Source: Gracilinanus agilis (lineage: Eukaryota). From it: a stretch of DNA of 64,000 nt. The stretch spans positions 16,905,261 to 16,969,260 of the forward strand of contig NC_058132.1 in assembly GCF_016433145.1 (NCBI RefSeq). The letters are read 5' to 3'. The first letter of the stretch is position 1; every line of letters begins with the position of its first letter. Both the position numbers and the translations under genes were made by a program. The notes beneath the pieces are model-generated. The model saw only the letters and a program-made list of their open reading frames with translations. It made no database searches and was not told where the DNA came from. Below, one piece after another: positions 48,806 to 59,125 of this stretch.

Positions 48806-50129
48806 GTATAACCAATATCTCACACCCTATACCAAGATAAGGTCAAAATGGATAAATGATTTAGCTATAAAGAGTGATACCATAACCTAATTAGGGGAAC
48901 ACAGAATAGTTTGCCTGGAAGATCTGTGGAGAAGGGAAGAATTTATGACCAAACAAGAGATAGATAATAGTTAAGATGTAAAATGAATAATTTTGATTAA
49001 ATTAAAAAGCTTTTGTACATACAAAACTTACAACCAAGATTAGAAGGAAAATAACAAACACGCGGGGGGGGGGTGGCTTTTATAACAAATGTCTCTGATA
49101 AAGGCCTAATTTCACAAATTTAAAGAGAACTAAGTCGAATTTATATGAATATAAGCCATTCCCCAACTGCCAAATGGTCAAAGGATATGAACCAGCAATT
49201 TTCAGATGAAGAAATCAAAGCCATCAATAATCATATGAAAAAATGCTCTCAATCACTCTTGGTTAGAGAAATGCAAATTAAAACAAAGCTGAGGTAGCAT
49301 CAGATTGGCCAGTAAAGGAGACTGTTAAATGTTGGAGGGGGTGTGACACAATTGGGACACTAATGCATTGTTGGTGGAGTTGTGAACTGATTCAACCATT
49401 CTGGAAGGCAATTTGGAATTATACCCAAAGGGCTAGAAAAATGCGCATATCCTTTGATCCCATAATACCACTACTGGGTTGGTATCCCAAAGAGATTAAA
49501 AAAAGAAGAAGAAGGGGGAAAGGATCTACTTGTATAAAAATATTTGTAGCTACTCTTTTTATAGTGAAAAAGAATTGGAAATTGAGGAGATGTACATTAA
49601 TTGGAGAATGGCTGAACAAACTGTGGTACATGTTGGTGATGGACTACTATTATGCTCTAAGAAATGATAAGCAAGATGGTTAGCGAGAAAGATCTGCAGG
49701 AACTGATGTAGAGAAAAATAAGCAGAACTGGGGGAGCGCCGTACACACTGACAACAATATTGGATGGTGATTATCTGTGAAAACTTGGCTACTCTCCGCA
49801 ATGCACTGATCTGGGATAATCCTGAAAGACTTATGGCAGAGAATGCTCTCCACTTCCAGAGAAAGAACTGTTGGAGGCATTTTTCTTTTTAGTGTATTTA
49901 TGGTTTTATTTGGGGGTTTTAGTTATATATGAGTTTGTCCTTACAACGATGACCAATATGGCGGTGGGTTTTGCATGCCAACCTCAAAAAAATAAATAAA
50001 AAGTAAAAAAGTAAAGAATGCCTAATTTTCAGGCCAAATAAATAAATAAACATATTTGCATTCATTCATTCCTTGAGGATCTCCTATATTGCTTACTAAG
50101 CAGTAGAAGAATAAGAACTGGAGAAAAGG

Positions 50130-50310
50130 TCTATCTCTCTCTCTCTCTCTGTCTCTCTCTATCTCTCCCTGTCTTTATCTCTCTGTCTCTGTCTGTCTCT
50201 CTGTCTCTCACTTCCTCTGTCATTCTCTTTCTCTCTGTGTCTCTGTGTCTGATGTCTCAATCTCTGTCTCCCTGTGTCTGTCTCTGTCTGTCTCTCATCT
50301 CTCTGCATCT
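50130..50310. repeat. CT/CTGT low-complexity tract
   Basis: Degenerate tandem units. Confidence 0.85.
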
Positions 50311-51643
50311 CTTTGCTTCCTCGCCCTTGGAGATCCTGCACATAATAGGTACTTAACAGAATTCGGGGCATTGAATTGGCTCCTGCCATCAAAGACTTTC
50401 TACTCAGGGTTCAGACTGACTTAAGTGTCTGTTTACTCAGGAAGTTTCCCAGCAGTCTCTGAGAGATCCTCCTAACAGTCCTGGAAGACTGGCTCTCTGA
50501 TTGTCATTTTACTGGGGAAGATACTCAAATTTAAAGCAGTTAAATGGTTTACTCAAGGTCTTTACTGCCTGGATCTCTCCTCTCGGGACCCAAAGCCCAG
50601 TCTTTCCTGTCTACACATCCGGATGCCTCCACTAAACCCAGTCACAGGAAGAGGAGCAGCTACCATTTCTGTGCAGCAATTCTGGCTCCCAGGTGAGGGC
50701 ACATCCATGACCTCATGAGCTTTTCCCATAGTTCTGGGATGGATAGGGAGTCAGGCTTATTAGCTCCATTTTACAGATGGGGAAGTAGAGGTTTAAGGAT
50801 CTGCCCACCCAGTGAGTCACCCTTCCTGTTCCTAGGGTGGTTGGGACGGTGCAGAGAGGGAACTGAGAGGGCTTCCTGGAGGAGGAGGGAGAAGTCTTGG
50901 GTCTGGGGTGGGTGTGAGGCGCTGAGCCAAGACTTTGGGTTGATTACTGAGAAAGGGGAGGAGGGTCCTCTGAGTCACTGCAGTTAATTAAGCCCAGAAC
51001 TGGGGAGATGTGTGGAGAGGGATCCTGAAGGGGAGAGGGCTAGCCCTAGGAAAATCCACCTACACTTGCTGACTCCTCAGGGCCCCCCCACCCCCACCCC
51101 GCTCCACACCTGGCCACTCCTGGCCAACGGACTTTTGTCTTCCTCCTAAAATTGTCCCCATGAAGGAGGGGAGGATTTATTAAGCTCCTGAGGTGTGCCA
51201 GGCACTGTGCTTAACCACAATATTACCTGATTTCATCCTCTCAGCAACCCCAGGAGGTACATGTTGTTATCATTCCCATTTTGCCGAAAACAGAGACAGA
51301 GAGATGAAGTGGTGTGTCTGGGCTCAGACTCGAATCCCCTGGACTCTGGCCACACAGACACAGCCCAAGCACTCTATCCACTGCACCACCTAGTTTCGAG
51401 GCTTGGGGGTAGGGTGGGGGACAGGGAACGGACAGGACCAGGAGATGCTCCTAAAAAATGGGCTTGAAGGAATCCTGGGAAGCTAGGAGCTAGGTACAAG
51501 AGCCCCCCAGGCTTCAGGGACAGCTGATGATAAGGAGATGGAGAGATGGAGTGTTGGGTGCAAATAGCCCTGAATAGCAGAGTCAAGACAACTGGCAAGG
51601 TAGGGAGAGGCCAGCTGAGAAAGGCTTTAAAAGCCAAACAGGA

Positions 51644-51850
51644 GGTAGCGGGGTGGCTCAGTGGACTGAGAGTCAGACCAAGAGACAGGAGGACCTGGCT
51701 TCAAATCCAGCCTCAGATACTTCCCAGCTGTGTGACCCTGGGCAAGTCACTTAACCCCCATTGCCCAGCCCTTATCTCTCTTTTGCCTTGGAAACAACAC
51801 ACAGTATTAATTCTAAGAGTGAAGGTAAGAGTTTAAAAAAAAGAAAAAGA
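51644..51850 (+). mobile_element. SINE1_Mdo-type SINE
   Basis: Family consensus with A-rich tail. Confidence 0.85.
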
Positions 51851-52599
51851 AAAGCCAAACAGAAGATTGTGTATTTGATCCTGAAAGTCATAGAGAACCC
51901 CTGACATTTATTGGATAGAGGCAGGAGGGCTGGTGGAAGGGGGAAGGTTCACTTAGCAAACCTACAATCCATCTTTAGCAAAGCAGCCAAAATGATCTGC
52001 TCAGACCTTGCCAGGGTCCCTCCCCTGCTCCAGCACTCCTGTGGCTCCCTACTCCCAGTGAAATAAGGCACCGACTCCTCTGTTTGGGCTTTGAAAGCCC
52101 TTCCTAACTAGTTCCACCTACTTTTCAGGGATTGTCTCCAGGCTTACTTGTCTTACTTGCCTCCCTCCCCGCTACATAGTAGATGCTTACAACACTGTTG
52201 GTTGAATGTAGCGGAGGGAATAGTTGGGAAAGAGTAACACTCTCTGTGCCTGGCTACTTTGGCGGTGTCTCACTCCACCTTGGAGGGGGACTCCCTTCAC
52301 TAGAGCAGATTGCGACCCCCTGATCAGAGGAGCCGGTCTTCACACCGGGGTAAACCTGCTCAGGAGCTTGAGGAGCCCCGTCCAGGCTAATCCTCAGGGG
52401 CCGCAGGCTCAGCACCAGGCGGACTCGGGGCCTTTCCAGCCGGCTGAAGGACGGAACTTGGGTTCTGCTGTCGGGATCTCCGAAGAGCCAGTGAGGAGGC
52501 ATCCAAGGAGACGGCCAATGGTGAACTGAGATCCAGTACTTCACCACTCTGATAGCACATTAGGCCACCTGGGGTTGGTGGTGGGTTTGGGTTTAGGCC

Positions 52600-52745
52600 C
52601 TTACCTCCATCTTAGAACGATAACTGATCCCAAGGCAGAAGAGCCGGGAGGGCTAGGCAGAGAGGGTTAAGTGACTTGCCCAGGGTCACCCAGCTAGGAA
52701 GTGTATGAGGCCAGATTTGAACCCAGGACCTCCCCTGGCTCTCAA
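52600..52745 (-). mobile_element. SINE1_Mdo-type SINE
   Basis: Reverse consensus, partial. Confidence 0.75.
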
Positions 52746-52974
52746 GACGCTGCTCTTGGAATTAGAAAGTTCTGAGTTCGGGTTCCTTGCCGGCACACGC
52801 TGGCTATCGGTGAGCAAGACGTAGAAAGTATAAGAATACTAGCTAGCATTTCTATAAGGCTTTCGGGTTTACAAGATGCTTTATTGGCTCCTTTTATCCC
52901 CCTGGCAACTCTAGGAGTTGTTCCCATTATGGAGATGAGGAAACTGAGGCAAACAGGTTAAATGACCTGCCCAA

Positions 52975-53170
52975 GGTAGAGCAGTGGATAGAGTTCAATT
53001 GTTCAGACACTTACTAGCTGTGTGACCCTAGGCAAGTCACTTTACCCCGTTGGGCTCATTTTCCTCATATGTCAAAGGAGCTGGAGATGGAAATGGCAAC
53101 CCAAGCTAGTGTCTCTGCATGAAAACCCCAAATGGGGGCCACAAAGAGTCAGACATGACTGAAACAACTG
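52975..53170 (+). mobile_element. Mar1-type CORE-SINE
   Basis: CORE plus ggggccacaaagagtcagacatgactgaaacaactga tail. Confidence 0.78.
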
Positions 53171-54021
53171 AATGATAAAAAGGGACTGAAGCCACATTTG
53201 AACTCAGAACTTCCTAATTCGGGTCCAGGGTTTACTCTGTCCACTGCCCCTCCTCGCTGACTCACACAGTATGTGAGACACGACACTGTGTGACGTCAGG
53301 CTAATGACTTAACATCTCAGGTCTGCCAGGTGATTCTCTAGGAAGGGGAGTGGAAGAACTGGTGCAGAATCAATTCAGGAGAGGGATTTTACACACTGGG
53401 AGTTTCCCAGTCCAAAAGAATCTGTTATTGTGTTGTTGTTCCTTAAGGGCAGGGATCTCCTTTGGGAAATCCATCCCACCGAGGCAGAAACAGCTCAGAG
53501 ACTTTCCCAGGCTCTCATGGACGTTATGTATATCTGAGGTGGGATTTGAACCCAGGTCTTCTAGATCCCAAAGCCAGGTCTCTGGCCACTATATCACATT
53601 GCCCGTTACTCTGATAATATTTCCTTGGATTCTAATAACTGTAGTATAATATAGTTTAGTTGTGGTGGGGATGGGGCGAAGGGAAGGGGTTCCGACTGCC
53701 AATCAGCTTGAGTGTGGGTCTGAGTGGGAGAAGAGGGTACCTGGTTCTGGCCTGGGTGTGATCCGGGGTTCCCCTAGTCTGTCCCTGCCACGCACACATC
53801 CCAGCCCCCAGCAAATAGCGTCCCTCTGAGACCAGAGAGAGAGGACGAGGGGAAGCAGACCTAGCTCACTCTCCGTGCCTTGGTTTGACCAAAGTGTAAA
53901 TAATGGATCCCCATGGTATCCCTCTCTGGCTTCTGGCCTTTCTCTATGGCCAAGGAAAGCCTGATTCATAGTTTCCAAAGCCAAAGCTGAGGGATCTTAA
54001 GAATGCATTAATCATTGGGCA

Positions 54022-54210
54022 CCAAGGTGGCTCAGTGGATGGAGAACCAGGCCTGGAGATGGAAGGTCAAATTTGGCCTCAGACACTTCCTAGCGGTGTG
54101 ACCCTGGGCAAGTCACTTAATTCCCATTGCCTAGTCCTTGCTGCTCTTCTGCCTTGGAACCAATACACAGTACTGATTCTAAGAGGAAAAGTAAGGGTTT
54201 AAAAACAATT
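54022..54210 (+). mobile_element. SINE1_Mdo-type SINE
   Basis: Family consensus. Confidence 0.85.
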
Positions 54211-54443
54211 TTTTAATTAAAAATATATGCATTAAGCTTGTGCCAAGTGTTCATGGGCCAGTCCTAGATAGAGTGGTGAGACCTTGCAAGGGTTCAGTCC
54301 CGAGTTTGAGTCTTGGCTCTATTGCTCAGTTCCCCACTGCCTTTTAGGTGGTGTCTTCATCTGTAAAATAGACTCTTAAGATCTCTTCCAACTCTGATGG
54401 TGCCAGCTGTTCCCTCCCTCTCCCAATTCAGGTCCACCTAGAG

Positions 54444-54654
54444 CAGTGATGGTAAACCTTTTAGAGACCGTGTGCCCAAACTACACCCTCACGCCCATGT
54501 GAGCCGCCCTCCTTATCCCCAGACAGGAGGGAGAAAATGCTCCCATTGGGCTGCTGGGCAGAAGGGAGGGTCATGTGAGAAAGTCCTCAGGCGTGTATGG
54601 AGAGAGGAAAGGGAGTGGCATCCACCACCGTGCGCCATAAGCTCACCAACATGG
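54444..54654. mobile_element. hAT MITE of a second family
   Basis: Left TIR CAGTGATGGTAAACCT, degenerate right TIR, TSD ACCTAGAG/ACCCAGAG (7 of 8). Confidence 0.75.
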
Positions 54655-55784
54655 ACCCAGAGTGAAGGACACTTGGCCCATATCAGGCTGGTCTGAGTCC
54701 TGGACTTGAGATAAGAATGCCAAGGCATGAATCCACCCTCCCAAATTCACAAGCTTTGGGTAACTCAGAGCAAGCTCCTCCCTTTTCTGGGCCTCTTTCC
54801 TCCTCAGCAGCTGAGTGACCCTGAGCAAGTCAATGTTGTTTGCCTCAGTTTCCTCATCTGTAAAATGAGCTAGCTGGCCTCTGGGGTCCCTTCTAGGTCT
54901 AACGAGATGATCCTAGCACCCTTTTCTCACAGGATTGTAAAGTTGGAAACCTTATGGCGCCACTCCCCAGTGTGCCTGTCCTCCAACCACATTCTGCTTT
55001 GTGTTGGTCTCACCTGAGCCTCCTTATTCCTTCCCCTCCTTCAACCCATCTTTCTTCTTCTCTAGAGACACCTCCATGTCCTGCCATTTTCACTGGCCAT
55101 CCCCAGTGGGGATCCCTGGAAGGCTGTTCCTCCTCATCTGTGCCTCCCAGCTTCCTTCAAGTCTCAGCTAAACTGCCTACAGGAAGCCTTTCCTGATCCC
55201 TGGTAATCCCGGTACCCTCTCTCTCACTTATCCCCAATTTAGCCTGTGTCTAGCCTGTTTGCCCATGTTTTTGTTTTGACTCCATTAGACCATGAAGCTC
55301 TCCGAGGGCAGACTATCTTTTCCCTTCCTCTGTTCAGCCAGCCCTGGTGTAGTGCCTGGCACGCAGTGGGTGCTTTATAAATGTTGACTCTCCTCCAGCA
55401 GACCAAAGAGGTGAAGCACTGGATCTCACCTGGCTTACCAGACTGGGCACAGGAAAAAGGAACCCTGGGAGGCCGAGCCAGGTACTAAAAAGGACGGCTT
55501 CCCTCCCTCTCCACCCCACCCACATATACATCACACCCCCGGTCCGAGAGAGAGCCATAGAAAGTGCCCGAGGTCATCTTTCTCATTCTCTGCCCACTCT
55601 GTCACCTCAGCCACACCAGCTGACCGTCACAGTCACAATCACCAACGCCGGTTACACTCATAATCCCCCTCAAAGAATGTCCTACTCTGGAAGCCCTCAA
55701 ATCACACAGTTGGCCACAGTCACTCTCATGGGACCTCATTACTATCTTCTTCTGCAGGGGCAGACTCCAATGGATAAACTTCCT

Positions 55785-56680
55785 CCCCAAAACCTTCCTT
55801 TCTCCTCCCACTGTTGCCCTTTGGGAGGCTGGAACATGAAAGATAGTAGAGTTGGGTTGAGTTTAGAAGCCATCGTTAGAGCCTGAAACTCTTCTCATCC
55901 ACTTCCCCAAAAAGAACATCCTTTCTCCTCCCACAGTTGCCCTTTGGGAGGGCAGAACCTGAAAAAGGGTAGGGACCAGTTGGGATGAGGAGTTGGGTTG
56001 GGTTGAAGAGCCATTGTTAGGGGCTGAATTCCCCCCCAAAACACCCTTTCTTCTCCCACAGTTGCCCTTTGAGAAGCTGGAACATGAAAGAGGGTAGGGA
56101 TGAGATGGGATGAGGAGCCATTTTTATAGGCTGAATCTCATCTCATCCACTTCCCCCAAAAACCTTCCCTTCTCCAAGAGAGTGGCCTTTGGGAAGACAG
56201 AACATGAAAGAGGGTAGGATTAGGTTGGGTTGGGTTGGGTTGGGTTGGGTTGGGATGAGGAGCCATTTTTAGAGGCTAAATCTCATCTCATCCACTTCCC
56301 CCAAAAACCTTCCCTTCTCCAAGAGAGTGGCCTTTGGGAAGACAGAACATGAAAGAGGGTAGGGATGGGATGGGTTGGGTTGGGATGGGATGGGATGGGA
56401 TGGGTTGGGTTGGGTTGGGTTGGGTTGGGTTGGGTTGGGTTGGGTTGGGTTGAGGAGCCATTTTTAGAGGCTGAATCTCATCTCATCCACTTCCCCAAAA
56501 AACCTTCCCTTCTCCAACAGAGTGGCCTTTGGGAAGACAGAACATGAAAGCAGGTAGGGATGAGTTGGGTTTAGGAGCCATTTTTAGGGGCTGAAACTCA
56601 TCTTCTACACTCCCTTCCCCCCCCCCAAACATCTTTTCCCCTCCCAGAGATGTCCTTTGGGAGAATGGAAGGTGAGTCGG
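55785..56680. repeat. Compound minisatellite of ~105-195 bp units with embedded (GGGTT/GGGAT)n
   Basis: GAGCCAT(T)TT...CCACTTCCCC...GCCTTTGGGA...AACATGAAA core repeated six to seven times. Confidence 0.92.
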
Positions 56681-56781
56681 TTCGGGTGGTTTCGTTGGCA
56701 TTTTTAGGGGCAGAAGCTCACGTCCCCTTATCTTCCACGAGATGGGGCGGCCCTGCCTCCCCACCCGCCAGGCTAACTCAC

Positions 56782-56840
56782 ATTTAGCAGGGCTTTCCTT
56801 TGGCCCTGGCCCCTCTGCCTCCTCTGTTGGCTGCCGGGCC
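56782..56840 (-). other. Candidate non-coding exon 1 of the second IRG gene
   Basis: Donor AAT|GTGAGT at 56781 is homologous to the IRGC donor at 61241; lies below a duplicated CCAAT/TATA-like promoter; 5' end approximate. Confidence 0.6.
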
Positions 56841-56930
56841 AGACTGTTGCTAGGGCCCATTGTAATGAGATCTGGATGCTGATTGGTTGGCTCCTAGGGG
56901 TGGGGGTGGGGGCATCTTCGGGTAAGGGGG
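56839..56930 (-). promoter_or_regulatory. Promoter of the second IRG gene (paralogous to the IRGC promoter)
   Basis: CCAAT 56882-56886, TTACAAT 56859-56865, CACCC boxes, GAS-like TTACCCGAA 56917-56925; aligns with 61312-61383. Confidence 0.65.
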
Positions 56931-57347
56931 GCAGAGTCCTGGCGTGGAGCCAGGGGACTGCCATCGAAGGACCCTTTAGGGTCCAAAATGGGAAGAGGAG
57001 ATGGGCGGGGGACGGACACTGTCTACACGGCTCCCTCGTCCTAGTCTCTTCTCCCCTCTCGTGGATGCTTGCAGCACCCCACCAGGAAGCCTCTGTGCCC
57101 GGCGCCCCCTTCCCCGAGGACGACACGCCTGTGGGCTGAAGAAGGGGGAGCCGGCCCCCCGCCCCCAGCCCTCGCCCCCGGCAGGCCGGTCTAGAAGCAG
57201 TGCGAGTCTCCCAACCCGTTGGTTTCTTCACATGGACTTTTTTTTTGGTAGGGATCGGGGACGGGGGTATGGGAATTGGAATGGGGGATGTTGGGATGGA
57301 GTGCTCAGGAGGGGGGGTTTTCTTTCTTTGGGGGAGAAGTGGGCGTC

Positions 57348-57353
57348 TTTATT
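57348..57353 (-). terminator. Candidate IRGC polyadenylation signal overlapping the stop codon
   Basis: Minus strand reads GAG AAA TAA A, creating AATAAA; no other canonical hexamer seen before the next promoter. Confidence 0.55.
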
Positions 57354-58743
57354 TCTCTTCGACCACGTCCCGTTTCTTCCAGCTCTCCAGAATGTACTTG
57401 AGCAGCAGTCCAAGCTTCCGGCGGGCTGAGAGTGGAGCGTCCTCCCCGCCGCCCTCGCCTGCCCCCCTCTTCTCCAACCCAGGCCCGCTAGAAGCGACGT
57501 CGAGGCGGGCGTCGGGGGCGGCCACCTCCTCTTCCAGGGCCTTGATGCGGACACGCTGGGCGTCCTCGGCCATCTCGTTCAGGCAGCCCTGGAGCATGGT
57601 GTAGACGGTCCCGAAGGAGATGCCGCCGGCCACGAGTGTCCCGAACACGGGGATGCCCTTCTCGAAGGCCCGGGCCACACGCATGGCCCCGTCCGATGAC
57701 TGAGCGTACATACGCAGCACCGCCTCTGGCGAGACCTCGGTGGCCAGGGGCGAGCGGATCACGGAGCGCAGGTCGCCGGCCTGCTTGCCCACCTGCTCGG
57801 CCAGCCTGGCCAGGGAGTCGTCGTCCAGGCCGAAGCTGCGGTGGTAGCCCCGCAGGGAGCGGATCAGGAGGGCGTCGTCGTAGGCGGCTGCCAAGCCCGG
57901 CACGGGTAAGGCCTGGATGACCCCGGACACCAAGGCCGTCTTCAGCACCTGCTCTTGGAGGGCGTCTTTCTTCTTCTGCAGGGCCTGCAGCGAGATGTCT
58001 GGCAGGGACAGGAGGCCGGCGTGGCGGCGATGGGCCGGGAGCTCCCGCTCCCACGTGGCCACCAGCAGCGGGAAGTCGTAGCGGGCCGGCGAGAGATTGG
58101 ACACGAGGAAGATCCGGGGGTCCTGGACGCCGGCGGCCCGGAGGCGCTCCGCGCAGTGGTCCCGGATCTCCTGGAGGACGGCGTTCTCGCTGTAACCCGA
58201 TGGGCGCTGGGTGCGAGACGCCGCCAGGTCCTCGTCCACTTTGGTGCGGATAAAGTAGAATTTCTTGCCCTGACGGAGGATCTCGCTCGCCAGTCGGGTC
58301 TCCACGGCCCCACAGCGACGGGGTGAGACCAGGAGGAAGAAATTGTAACGAGCAAAGTCTACTTGCTTCAGGTACTTGTCGGCTGGACAGCCGGGAGAGC
58401 CGGCCCCGGGCAGGTCCCACAGCATGAGCTCCGGCAGCTGCGGGTGGGGGTACGGGGTGGGCTGGGTCGTGGTCTCGATGACGCCCGTCCGGGCCGCACC
58501 GGGGTCCTCTGCCCCGATCCCTCGAAGGGCGTTGATCAGAGAAGACTTTCCGGCCCCGGACTCGCCGGTCACTCCCACCTCGAGGCGGCTACTCTCTGCG
58601 TTGCCCAGCAGCTCCCGGAGGCGGGAGGCAGCCTTGGGGATATCCCCCAGCTCGAAGGCTGCCCGAAGAGCCTCGAGCTCTTCTTTAGCCATGAGGATGG
58701 TGCTCTCCTCCTCGGACGGTGGGGCATGTGACTTGGACGCCAT
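57349..58743 (-). CDS. IRGC: Immunity-related GTPase cinema (interferon-inducible GTPase 5), single coding exon, 464 aa
   Basis: ATG at 58743 (MASKSHAPPSEEESTILMAKEELEAL...); GESGAGKS, WDLPG, TKVD, SN motifs; C-terminus RKLGLLLKYILESWKK typical of IRGC; syntenic next to SMG9. Confidence 0.96.
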   Translation of the reverse strand: MASKSHAPPSEEESTILMAKEELEALRAAFELGDIPKAASRLRELLGNAESSRLEVGVTGESGAGKSSLINALRGIGAEDPGAARTGVIETTTQPTPYPHPQLPELMLWDLPGAGSPGCPADKYLKQVDFARYNFFLLVSPRRCGAVETRLASEILRQGKKFYFIRTKVDEDLAASRTQRPSGYSENAVLQEIRDHCAERLRAAGVQDPRIFLVSNLSPARYDFPLLVATWERELPAHRRHAGLLSLPDISLQALQKKKDALQEQVLKTALVSGVIQALPVPGLAAAYDDALLIRSLRGYHRSFGLDDDSLARLAEQVGKQAGDLRSVIRSPLATEVSPEAVLRMYAQSSDGAMRVARAFEKGIPVFGTLVAGGISFGTVYTMLQGCLNEMAEDAQRVRIKALEEEVAAPDARLDVASSGPGLEKRGAGEGGGEDAPLSARRKLGLLLKYILESWKKRDVVEEK

Positions 58744-58950
58744 TGCGCCCCTGGGGAGAGTGGGGGGGAGTGGGGGAGTCTCGATGCGTGTGCTCCTTGG
58801 GGTAGGGGGCCGGCCGCTCACACCTCCTAGGCCCTAAGACCAAGCCAGAGACAGAGAGAGGGGACGGGGAGCAGACAGAGAGACAGAGGCACGAGACGGT
58901 TAGTGGGGAAGGCCCCAGCAAGCTCCTCCCGCCACCCCGTTCCTCTAGGC

Positions 58951-59125
58951 CAGTGGTTCCCCAAGTGGGCGCTGCAGCCATCCAGGGGGGCGGCGATGGC
59001 CACGGGGGCGTTTATCTTTCCTATTCGTTGCTATTAAATTTTTTTTTAATTTAATTTCCAGGGGGCTGAGGAATATTTTTTTCTGGAAAAGGGGGCGGGA
59101 GGCCAAAAAAGTTGGGGAACCGCTG
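58951..59125. mobile_element. hAT MITE (same family as 48613-48805, opposite orientation) in IRGC intron 1
   Basis: TIR CAGTGGTTCCCCAA/TTGGGGAACCGCTG; perfect 8-bp TSD CTCTAGGC. Confidence 0.92.

Larger units (their letters stand above)
46841..50010 (+). mobile_element. 5'-truncated, decayed L1 (ORF2 RT to 3' end)
   Basis: A-rich strand, L1 ORF2 motifs ([22 protein letters not shown]; SGVKQGCPLSPLLFNI) with stops and frameshifts; A-rich tail near 49985-50010. Confidence 0.92.

Noticed and set aside
52224-52550. Moderately CpG-rich segment with ~100-aa ORFs on both strands inside the paralog's intron 1
   Set aside because: No recognisable protein, RNA or convincing splice-site pair; may be an unclassified repeat
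57349-57600. Tandem IRGC-IRG fusion protein like mouse Irgb2-b1
   Set aside because: No convincing donor near the IRGC C-terminus
57488-58420. 310-aa alternate-frame and several antisense ORFs over IRGC
   Set aside because: Shadows of a very GC-rich coding exon
58744-58821. 26-aa N-terminal extension of IRGC in the ORF track
   Set aside because: Starts at GTG in the 5' UTR; the homologous start is the ATG at 58743
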